A stretch of DNA of 64,000 nt from Psilocybe cubensis (taxonomy: Eukaryota), in NCBI GenBank assembly GCA_017499595.2, contig CM039007.1:2294001-2358000 (forward strand). The letters run 5' to 3'. Position 1 is the first letter of the stretch. Every line of letters starts with the position of its first letter. This document shows, piece by piece, positions 35,527 to 49,517 of the stretch. Under the pieces are notes generated by a model, which was not told the origin of the DNA, ran no database searches, and saw only the letters and a program-made list of their open reading frames with translations. Both the position numbers and the translations under genes were made by a program.

Positions 35527-36984
35527 ATGGATACCAGAAAACAAGAATACCCCGAGCTGTACAAAGCAGCTTTCACTCAACCAGCAATCGATAATCATGC
35601 CCACCCACTTCTGCGCGTCGATGCACGCTACAAAGTCCCGTTCGAAGGGCTCGTCTCCGAGGCAGACGGCGACGCCCTAGTAGAAGACGCTCCAAACACT
35701 CTCGCATGCATGCGTGCCACCAAACAGCTTGCTGAACTATACGGCTTGGACAAATCCTTAGATTGGGAACAAATAAAGGAGCATAGAGACCGCTTAGATT
35801 ATTCAGATCTGTGCAACCTGTGTTTCAAGAACGCAGGGATACACACCATCCTGATCGATGATGGGCTTGGAGGCGTGGCTGAGATGGCTGAAGGATATGC
35901 ATGGCATGACCAGTTTACCACCGCGCCGACGAAGAGGATTGTCAGAGTCGAGATTGTCGCAGAGGTGCGCTTCCTACACTAGTCACTGGCATATCATATA
36001 GAGCAATCATAGGGCATATTGAGGACCTTGTTTGCAGCTGGGAAAGAGTCAGACCTTGAGGGTTTCGAAAAGACGCTGCAGGAGAGTCTGAAAACGAGCG
36101 CCGAGCAGCAGGACGTTGTGGGATTCAAATCCATCGTGTGCTATCGCACAGGAATGAACGTGTCAGTATATGGGAGTGATAGTGAAAAGAGAGAAGCCCT
36201 CGCCCAAGTATACGCAACATACAAGGAATCAGGAAAGATACGCCTGCAGCACAAACCGCTGAACGACCAGGTCGTGCGCATCGCTCTCACCGTAGCTGGC
36301 CGCTACAAGTTGCCAGGTCAATTACCTTCAACTTTTTACCATCCCCACCAAACTACTAACCCATCCCAAAGTTCAATTCCACACGGGTTTGGGTGATAGC
36401 GATATCACGCTCACTCTTTCGTCGCCAGCGCATCTACAACCCATCATCAAACAATTCCCAGATACTCCTTTCGTGCTTCTCCATTCTTCCTACCCTTACA
36501 CGCGCGACGCGGGATATCTTGCTGCGGTATATCGTAACGTCTATCTTGACTTTGGAGAGGTGCGTGTACACACTGTCACGACTTGCAAAGCAAACGATAA
36601 TGACGATGTATGTAGGTTTTCCCGTTTGTTTCCGGGGACGGTCAGCGATCCATAATCCGTCAAGTGTTAGAGTTGGCGCCGACGAACAAAATAATGTGGT
36701 CCAGTAAGAATTGGCCAATGAATCTCCTTGTAATTGCCGACTGAACAACGCGCAGGTGACGGCCACTGGTGGCCCGAATCGTACTACCTCGGAATATATC
36801 AGGCGCGACAGGCAATTTTCGAGGTGAGCTAGAATTTATGAGCCTCTCCTGACAATGAAAGCTAAAATGAGGGCAGGTGTTGTCCGATCTAGTGGAAAGA
36901 GGAGAAATAACAGAGGCGCAAGGAGTGCAAATCATCGAAATGAGCTTGTTCAAGAACGCCAAGCAGCTCTATCAATTGGCCTGA
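35527..36984 (+). CDS. Amidohydrolase-2 family protein (FluG/NodGS N-terminal-domain-like, stand-alone)
   Basis: Motifs IDNHAHP, ILIDDG, GFKSIVCYRTG, QFHTGLGD, LLHSSYPY, NVYLDFGE and SDGHWWPESYY. Stop at 36982-36984 with no glutamine-synthetase domain following. Confidence 0.9.
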
Positions 36985-39298
36985 TTGGTAAGCTTCGGGT
37001 GTTGCCGGCCCTGAAGTGAAGTTCAACTTGTTTCTCGAGAGGTTTTCTGAGCTCTCCAAAGATCTATATCATCTTATTATCTGCTATCATCCATTTTTGC
37101 ACAGATATACTGCATATATGCGTGCATAAACTTCCCGTACATGCAGAATCGATGAGTTATTCGTAAATCTTCTCAAAAACTCTAGTTTCGACTTGTTAAC
37201 TGGAGCCAAATCCACACTAATCCGTCTTAACCATCTCTCTTATTGAAGTAAACGATATATGAGAGGCGTCATTATATCATGGGTTAAATTTTAAACTCAG
37301 GTGAGAGGTTGAAGCTGGTAAGATATCTACGTCGACCCGAACCCGGTGGATTCTAATCAGGCCTGGCCCGCAATGCAATCGGATGACGAATCGATGACAG
37401 AGACACGAGTTAGTTATTCGATCGATAACTGGCAACAAATACAAACATACCCCTCTCGTCGAGTATATATACCCTCTACCCCTCTTCCAACCATTTCTTC
37501 CATCGACGTCCACCACCGCCACTTTGGTCTCCTATATGCTCAGGCTCACAGCGAGTTTTCGATGAAACGCCCTAGTGGAGATTCCATATTTGTCATCCTC
37601 TCGTTTGATACGCAACGTCAATCCAAGCATGGTGGATCATATACAGGCTTAGTTTGCATTTGGAGGATGAATGGAGTCCGAGTCTGGATGACACAGCGAT
37701 TATGACCCGTCGCTACACAGCGCGAGTTTCGTTTCACTCGCCCACGTCCTGACACGCTGAGGGTATAACAGCTCATTTGATCGATGACTACCAACAGCGT
37801 CGTATGCCATTGGTTAGATATATTTACCCAGACCCTCCTTTAACGAATTCTCCCCTCGACATCCACTATCGATCCTCTGATCTCCTTTACACGGAGTTTT
37901 ATTGAATCGCCTTTCTCATAGGAGACGCAAACCTAGCCGCCTAAAATGGTACTCGCTGATCCGCTATTCTTCATAGGAAGAGTCAGGAAAACTCGATGAT
38001 ACGCCACAGTTGACCACCGGAGTACTTCAAGGCAGACTATGGAACATCCTGAGGTCTCGTCTACTATTGGATAATTACACAATCAACGAGCTCTAATATC
38101 CGTAGCGACGCGCTGCGGTTCTCGCTTTGCCCACCAATGTCTCGCTTCACTGTGAGGCCAATTCTCTTCCAATCCGGTTCAGCATGTGTACCCTGGCTCT
38201 TCTTCAGCGATGATTTCCCTCGATATTCATCCCACTTTGCCTCTTTGTCTGCATTTATCCGCAGGCTTAAAGCGAATTATAACTCTTCTCGAAAAATCTA
38301 AATTCTGCGTCGTATGATGGATGACTAATTACCCAAACTCCTTCAACAAACGGGAGAACATGCATCCACTTTCGTCCCCTAGATCTCCAATACTTATCCC
38401 CAGGCCTGGGGATATTTCAGTACTTACTTCCCGACCAACTCAATGATGCACCTTAGTGGCTGTCCCTATCTGATATCTCGCCCAACTCAACCTCAAATAA
38501 TACGTTGATATATAGTAGGAAAACCACCACATGCACCCATAACTACTGTTTCCACGTTCTCGTCCAACCGTAAATGGTACAACCAACTAACGCCACCCAC
38601 ACCGCAATCACAATTCCCTTCTAAATAGTCAAATTTGCACCCCAGAACAGAAGCTCACACACTGATAACGATGGTAAGTGTTTCCATTCTACTCTGATTT
38701 GGGAAATGAGGAAATGGCTCTACAACTGTCAAGGGTTCCCCTTGTCTCTGATACCAGTAGCAATGGCTATAAAAAAACAGTTCAATCATCTTTCAAACAA
38801 ATGGACTCCTTTCCCAGAGGGTCCCGATGAATATATGGAGTGAAGAAGAAGCTTGCGCGTCATCCAGCAAATACTTTGGACTGCTATTCAAACTGTACAT
38901 TGCTACTCGAACAGGTGGACCCATGGAACTTTTTTATAGGAACTATTTGCACATCCCAATCACAGTTCACCGCTGATCTACTTGTGCCGTTGCAGGTCTC
39001 ATCAGATTGCAACTATGAAAATCCGGTGACTAGGTTTAAAAAAGAATGTAAGTGGGACTCGACATAGATAAGGCAACAAAGCGACAGACAACATGTCAAA
39101 GACCCAATAATAATGCATTCAGCCGTTCGATTCGATGGGCCCCCATGTCGAAAATACTTCTCCACAGAAGCTACAGGTTCCAAATGTTGGTAGCGAGCAC
39201 TGACAAAAACAAGATTATCTCAGTTCAAGTCTGCTTTATATGCTGAGGTTTTGAAGATTGACATTACCATTTTTTAGCCACATCTCTCTTTTTTCACC

Positions 39299-40891
39299 AT
39301 GTCTACCCCAGAAATACCATCCATCTCCCAGAGAGATGTTGCTAGATAGTGAGTGCTTGGTGCCTTAGACGTTATCGCAAGGCCTGCTAATCTTCACTCG
39401 TTCGTTACAACAAACAGCGAGCGAATCCAAGGGTATATTCACACATCCGCACTCTCAGTTTTGCTATACGATTTCACTCTCACTTTTGGCGCCGAAGTGC
39501 ACTTCATCTGGAGACGACCAAAAACTCTGAGCAGCTATCTCTATTTCTTGCAGAGATTATTGGTTGTATTAGCTTTCATCCCAACAATCGACCTTCTCTT
39601 AAACGCAGATATCCGACCACAAAACGGCTTTGAAGTAAGCTGAATTCAGTATAATACCTCTTATTTGACATATATCTGACTTCTGATTTGTTGGAAAGAG
39701 GTTTGCAATGCCGACATTCACGGTGGACTATGCTGACTTGAATGTATCTCGAAGATGTCCTTCAGATGTTGTTGAAAACATAGCCACAGTTGTGCTAGTA
39801 GCCAATGAATTCTTTATCAACTGTAAGTTCTCTCACCTCTCCATGCTTATTTTTGTGTTAATATTTTCTACGTAGTTTATCTGAGTCTCAGAATTTGTGC
39901 TCTTTACAAGCAATCACGCTACGTTATAGCATTTGCAACTGTTTCGGCGGTTATCGCCATTTTGATACCATGCATGGTTTGTAATAAGTCCGTCCCACTC
40001 TTTTACAAGCTTATGGATAGAAACAGCTTTTCTTAAGCAATAAGCAAACAGGGTGTGATCGCTTCTTTGCTCATGAAGTGTATGTTTTTCATATACATCC
40101 AATGGACTCGATTATCTGTTAATCTTCTGTTTTCCCATCTTGCCTCAAAATAGATCTATGAGTGGGTTTCGCTACAATTTCTAGCCTATATGATGATATT
40201 TACATGTTCATCTTTCTGAGGGCAGTGTTGCTGGCGTCATGGGGGTTTCTGATTCTATATGAATCCATCCTCTTTGGATTGATTCTCTACAAAGTTATCA
40301 AAGATAAACCGCACCGTTTAGCTGGACTCGGAATAGGCAGGCGCTCATCAATACGATTTCTAATTCTCAGAGATGGTGTGTAAATATCCCTTTCTTGGAC
40401 TTAGAAACAAAGCTTAGTCCTTCTAAAGGTGTCCTATACTACCTGTAAGCATCATCGTTTATCAAATGCAGTTCTTTAATTTAACCAATTCTGCAGAGTG
40501 GTGATAATTTTCAATGTCGCAAACGTTGCTACTTTTTTTGTAAGCTATCATTCACTTTCATGATCACATCTGTTACTAGCTAATTCACTATCAACTCAGC
40601 TTCCTCAAGTGCGTCCTTGGTTCTTTTTAATATTTTAAAGCTCAACTTTAGGCAATCCAGCCATTTCTCCGCGGGTGCTTGTCCAGGCTATCTGGCAAGT
40701 AAGAATTATTCTTACTCAATTTCCAAATGCATTCCAAATTAGACGCTGATACTATGCTACCCAGTATATCAATCATCATGATGACGCGCCTTGTGCTCAA
40801 TCTGCACGAAACGGCAGATGGTGATATAGGATCGTACCCTTCAAAAATCTCTTCGTTACATTTCCAAGCGTCAAATTTTGATGATAACTAA
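39299..40891 (+). CDS. DUF6533-domain multi-pass (7TM-like) membrane protein, tandem copy 1
   Basis: VLLYDFTLTFGAEVHFIW..K...YLYFLQR, LRICALY, LILRDGVLYY and MMTRLVLNL are hallmarks of this Agaricomycete family. Many small exons. Confidence 0.85.
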
Positions 40892-41470
40892 AGGACATAA
40901 TAGTTTTTCTTCTCAAAACCATCCTTGTATTATTCAAGTCATTGATGGGATGCGCAATCATACACCCGACTTCCACGACCAGTGGCAACATGATACAACG
41001 AAACTGATAAATTGCAGGAAACTTCTTTCCTTTAATCTAATCTAATATCTACTACTATCGAGTCGTGAACTCAAGTCCTCTACCTCCAGGATAAAAGATA
41101 TTGAGCTATCGAGCTTATAACTCAACTACTCTATTCAGAAGACTGGCAGACTCGCTATTGGTGACAATGACAACTGCTCCATTGCACCCTTTTATGAACT
41201 GAGGAGATGGCTCTACAACAATCACGAATCGCCACGCACAGTCACGTACTATCCATAGTATGTGATGACAAATAGTGATGTAAATAACGATCAGTGATTC
41301 TAGCGGATTTTCACCGTCCATGGCACTCCCATCCCCTTATTCGGCCAAGGTTATGCTATAGAATTGAGAACAGAAAGTAACTTGAAAATTATCTCAGTCC
41401 AAGTTTGCTTTATATTCCTGAGGTTTGACGATTGGTAATAACATTTCTGTCCACTTCTTTTCATTCTTTA

Positions 41471-43061
41471 ATGGCCAGCTCAGAAACGCCAGTTTTCTCC
41501 CTAAAGGATGATGCCACATTGTGGGTGCTTGATGTCTTGAATATATTGTATATTACTTATATTGACCTGTTTGTTGCGGAAAACAGCGAGAGGATCCAAG
41601 CATGCATTCATGCATCCGCATTATCAGTGCTTCTATATGACTTTACTCTCACTTTTGGAGCCGAAGTGCACTTCATCTGGAGTCGGCCAAAAAATCTGAA
41701 CAGCTATCTCTATTTCCTCCAGAGATTCTTGGCCTTGCTTACTCTCATCCCCTCAATTGAAGTTTTCCGGGATGCAGATATTGGGTCTGTGAGTCTTTGA
41801 ATGATACAACATGCTCAATATATACCCTGACCTCCCATCTTTGAAAGAGGTTTGCGATGCCAATATTCATGTTTTAATGTGCTGAAATACATCTCACAGA
41901 TGTTCTTCGGGTCTAGTTGAAAAGGCATCCGTACTTTTGCTATTAACTAGCGAGTTCCTCGTCAATTGTGAGTGAATCTCTCTAATACACGCGGATATTT
42001 CAAGCTGTAAACAACTCTCTGTTTAAGTGTATCTTAGCATCAGGATCTACGCCCTTTATAAACAATCACGTCGCATAATAACGCTCGTGGTGTTCTCGTC
42101 CGTTATTGTGACTTTGATACCATGCCTAGTTCGTAACAAATCCATGCTCCTATTCCAAAGCTCACTGACTGGAATAGCTGTTTTTGGCCAACGGCCAGCA
42201 AACAGGGTGCAGGCTATCCTTTTCCCATGAAATGTATGCTATCATTTATCTACAATGGACATATTCGTCTGATTGTATCGCATTGTGCGGTCACGCAACG
42301 CCATCCAAAACAGATCAATGAGTGAGTTTCGAGTTGTGTCCAAGCATGCCCTGTCTGCAGCTTGTGAAGTATGTTACTCATGTATTGTCCTGAGGGCAGA
42401 GTTGGCGGCGTCATGGGGATTTTTGATTCTGTATGAATCCATCCTCTTTGGATTGATTCTCTACAAGATTGTCAAAGATAGGCCGCACCGTTTACCTGGA
42501 CTCGGGATAGGCAGGCGCTCGTCAATACGATTTCTAATTCTCAGAGACGGTGCGTGAATAACCCTCAGTTCTTGAACTTGAGAACCAAAGCTTAGTCCTC
42601 TGAAGGTGTCTTATATTACCTGTGAGCATCCTTGTTCTAGCAAATGCACTTTATTTTATTTAATTCTGCAGAGTGGTGATAATGTTCAATCTGGCAAACA
42701 CTGCTACTTACTTTGTAAGCTATTCACTTTCATGATCTCGTCCGTTACTAGCTAATTAATTCACTGTCAACGCAGCTTCCTCAGGTACGTCCTTGGTTCT
42801 CCTTCATATTTTAAAGCTCAAATTTAGGCAATCAAGCCATTCCTCCGCGGGTGCTTGGCAAGGTTAACCTGCAAGTAAGAATTATTCACACTCACTTTCC
42901 AAATGTGTTCCAGATTAGATGCTGAAATTATGCTACCCAGCATATCAATCATCATGATGACGCGCCTGGTACTCAATCTGCAGAAAACAGCAGATGGTGG
43001 TATAATATCGCGCCCATGCCAGGTTTCGTTACACTTCCAAACGTCAAATCTCGATATTTGA
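41471..43061 (+). CDS. DUF6533-domain multi-pass membrane protein, tandem copy 2
   Basis: Same motifs and exon-intron structure as copy 1. Confidence 0.85.
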
Positions 43062-43325
43062 CAGACATGATTGTACTCTGAAGCAACGTAGTCATCCCAT
43101 TGATGTATATAAGTTGCTTTAATCAATCCTACAGACCCTCTGGTAGAGGTTTAGATGGATTCAAAAGGGGTGATCAAAAGGAAGGTACAAAGAATACGCT
43201 GGAACTACCTATTCATCTATTGTTCCACAATAAACCAGTCACAATAAGGCGACTTACTTATGAATATGCTTCTAAAATCATAATTCAGTATCCGTCCTAT
43301 ACACAATATCAATCACAAGAATCAA

Positions 43326-45157
43326 TCAAGCACTACTAACAGCTATTGGAAGTGAAAGCGTAGACGTAGGAGTTACATATGTGTACCCCAGCAATCCCAA
43401 TACCTGGCGATCAGCGTCATCTTCACGAAATAGACGAATCCTGGGCATGTAAATCATCTTTTCGCATGAAATAACCTCGACTGTCAAAGGAGGAAGACGT
43501 TGGCACGACGCCGGTGCCAAGTAACACTCCACACGCCTCCTCAGCTTTTCGTAGAAACACCTGGAGAGTGCAGTTGTGGGTCGAGCTAATTCAGGCAAAC
43601 ATCTAATGTGCGATGAATCGGCATGAATGCTAGTGGAAACGATGTGCACAGACTTGATGTCCGGCATACAAGACACTATAATATCCATAAGAAGTTTCTA
43701 TGGTGTGCTATCAGATCGCGTAAAATGATTTAAAGTGTTTATTTTACTCACAAAGGGGTCAAGAGGAGACGACGACCTTTTTTCTCCCACATGATCAAAG
43801 TCCTGCAGATCAGACAACTGGAAATTGACAGCTAGATGTTTGAGCTTCGAAAAGATCGAAAACCTGCCAGAATTAGAGCCGCTGAAACACCAACGGCCTT
43901 CGGGGTAAGGAGGTACAATCTCGAGACATTCCAGCGACTGAGCGTGGCCTAGGAGTGCTTTCTCAAAGAACAAATCAGCCGTGCCATCAGCAGGTTTACA
44001 CGGATTGTCGATGAAACGAAGCCTTTTCAGTCCCGAGTAAGATGAGAGGTAGTCTATGAACGAAGGAGGTGCCTCGTCCAAGGTGATTTCTTCCAGATGG
44101 ATTCCATTAGAATCTAGCACTCGCCACACATCGCTAGGAAGAGAGGTATAGAACAGTGATGTATGACTCGGATGAGGATGTATGTCCTCCAAACTGATAG
44201 ATTTAAGGCTAATCAAGTGTCGCATGACAACTGCGTCGTCCAAGCACAGATTGACAGACTTTAACTTCAGGTTAACCAGACCAAGAGGGGGTGCAGTCCT
44301 AGGATAAAGCCTGAACAGATTATGAAGACTATTATATGCGTGGAGATGGTCAATGCCAGTATTGCAAATATCAATCGAGCGGAGGTTCGGATTCTGAGCG
44401 ATGGCTTTAGCAACGTTGTCAAAAATTAGTTCTGCATAGGGAGGAAAAGCTACTCCCGTCTTTATGCTTATCTCTGTGAGGTCGTTCAGACAGTCCAGCT
44501 CCAGTGGTATTTGCGGCCAAGATTCGAACCGAAACCGAACACTGCGCAGACTGGGCAGCTCCTTGATGGCGTTCATGGCAATCCGAGAAGCTGGGTAACA
44601 GTCGTGCTCGTGCTCTTCCCATCTTCAAGAGTCAGAGTTAGCTTTATAGAGACCAAACGAGCTAATTGGAAGGACACCCACATAACACTGTTAACCCCCC
44701 TCAAAGAAGTAATAGCATCGAATAAATGAGCTGCCAACCTCTTCCTCGCATCAGCCGCTTCAGAGGTCTCCTCAGGGTACGGTGACGGCGACCAAATCGT
44801 CGACGCCAAAACGGCACGCGAAGCCGCTGGAGCGAGCATGCCAATCGAGAGCACTCGCGCAGCAGCACACGCAGGATGTTTTCCCGCTGCCAGTGCCTCG
44901 ATCTTGCGAACGCCCTTCACCATGTTCTCCTTGCAGACCTCGAGATGGACCGTCCGGAACACCTCATGGTGCAAGATTGCCGCCACAGCCTTGCACGACA
45001 GGCGAAAACGCTTGATGTCAGGCAAGCCGAGCTGGACACTCAATCAGCGGATATCGTTGAATCGAGTTGATATAAAACATACCTCGTTACCTATAGCCAG
45101 TATGATCTCAGGCGCAAGGCGAAGCAAAGAGTCTGGTATGTTCAGTGTAGGGGCCAT
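43326..45157 (-). CDS. F-box-like / leucine-rich-repeat-like hypothetical protein
   Basis: N-terminal LLRLAPEIILAIGNE|LGLPDIKRFRLSCK (F-box-like), followed by LxxLxL repeats (LPSLRSV, LRSIDI, LKSISL, YLSSYSGLKRL, LKHLAV). Confidence 0.7.
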
Positions 45158-46097
45158 TGCTAGTCAAAGGTGCTGATACGGTTTGCTATTAATAACGAGG
45201 GATAGTAAGAAAATTCTGCGGGATGTGCCAGGACTCGAAGGGGAAGTGATGCAGTATTTATACCCATACCAAAGTAGTGACTCAGACACAAATTGAATGG
45301 ACAAAAGCATTGGTTTCTCGGTAGACGGGCAATGTCGCGCGCAGCAATCTGACTCGACCTCCACTCGCCACCTGGCCGGTGTCATTCGTCGTCGGCAACA
45401 CCATGCTGAAAGCGAAACTGCATTATACACTGTTAGAAAAATTAAACAAGTAGGGCTTGAGTAGAGTCGGTCGAAAAAATATTTGCTCCACAGTCGGATG
45501 ACTCGAAGTCCTGCTTCTCCTGTTTCAGTCCTGGAAGAGGTGCTGTGAACAATGCGTAAACCAAATTCAGATACCAACTTGCGCTGCTACGCTTCCTTAC
45601 ATACCCGTGATAAGTAGTTGTGTGAGTACTCAGTAAAGTAAGGCATGAAGCCATCTGTCCCTAGCGCCGCGGTATTTATTTTTAACCATGACCAAAGCCC
45701 TGCCATCCAAACGCAAGTACACATTGATTCTTTACACAATCGGAATTTTGAGGGTGAAGAGGGTCAAAACTTTCAGCAAGACGAATCATGAGGGGTATGA
45801 ATGCTATGCGTGTTCGTGTGGATTTAAATTAAGTATGTTACGCCTCCAACTACTACTAATCTACCTCGTATCGTATCACTCTTTTTTGTTCACGACGTTT
45901 TCCAAAGAAATATACAGCACATCCAAAACAAACCAGCCAGCCAAAAGCCAGCGCGGTGGATGGGGTGCTTGTGCAGCTCTAGGGTAATCCGTCTAGAATA
46001 TAACCAATAAAAACAGGTGAGGGGGAGCGGTAATGTGCGTAGGGTCGTGGTGGGTAAGGTGGTTGGTTATAAGGTACAAGGAACGGGACAAAACCAA

Positions 46098-48542
<2,445 letters not shown>

Positions 48543-48617
48543 GATGGTGGTGGTAGTAGTTTTACAGAAAAGCAGGAAATTGGGACGACGCCGTATTTAT
48601 TTGACTTCCGGGCGACA

Positions 48618-48698
48618 TGACGTGTCACTTAGACGTGGCCAGATCACGTGCTTCCCCTCTCTTGAACCCTCTCCATCATTACGCCGAGAGACGTGGCA
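48618..48698 (-). promoter_or_regulatory. Cluster of ACGT-core UPRE-like bZIP sites upstream of BiP
   Basis: TGACGTGT (48618-48625), GACGTGGC (48632-48639), CACGTG (48645-48650) and AGACGTGGCA (48689-48698), 75-155 bp upstream of the ATG. Confidence 0.6.
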
Positions 48699-49517
48699 AG
48701 GCTATGTTGCTCTACGTTTTACTGTCGCATTTGACGTTGGAATAGGCTTATGGATACCCCTTCATATTCTGGTACCTCTCTAGGTCAGAAAGCACCCGAT
48801 TTCACTAAAGTTTTCATGACCTCAATCGTTTTGTAGCAATTCGCTCGAAATTTCGTTTCGTTATCAAGCAAGTATGTACGTACATCTGGGCCATCACAAT
48901 CAGTAATTAACGGTCATCATCTACAGTCGACACGGTCAATGACTGACTCCTGAGCGGACTGTACAACCTTGCAGCACATCGCCGTCATTTCTAGAACTTA
49001 CCGGATGATCGACTCCCGCTTGGACATAAATGGAAACAAATGCTCAGATCATGACGACTGTTCCGTAGCGTGCATGTGGGGGAGGCCACGTACCTCGATC
49101 GATATTGAGGTCAATTACCCCGCATCGCTTACGCAGGGGCAGAGTGTAGAAGCGCGATTGAGTCGCGTTTGTTTGCCGGTTCAAGCTAGGTAAGAAAATA
49201 CGCCTCATGATTTCCGAAGTTTAGGACTATTCTTGGAGTATTATTCTCAACGAAATATTCTAGTAGATTCTCCTTCTTAGTCTTTACTTTATCAGCTACA
49301 ATACTCGCAGATTCCGTCCAATTCATTTACGCTCGGGCGCCAAGGCTCGATCGTAATGTAGTGGATTTAAGCGCCCAAGACATCCAATGAATGAAAGAAA
49401 ATGACCCACATGAATTTAAACGTTCTCTCGACAAAATCGGCAAGAAATTTACTCCATCCGTCATTAATAATTTTCATTGCATCTCCAAACAACCCATGCT
49501 AATAATTTATTCATTAT

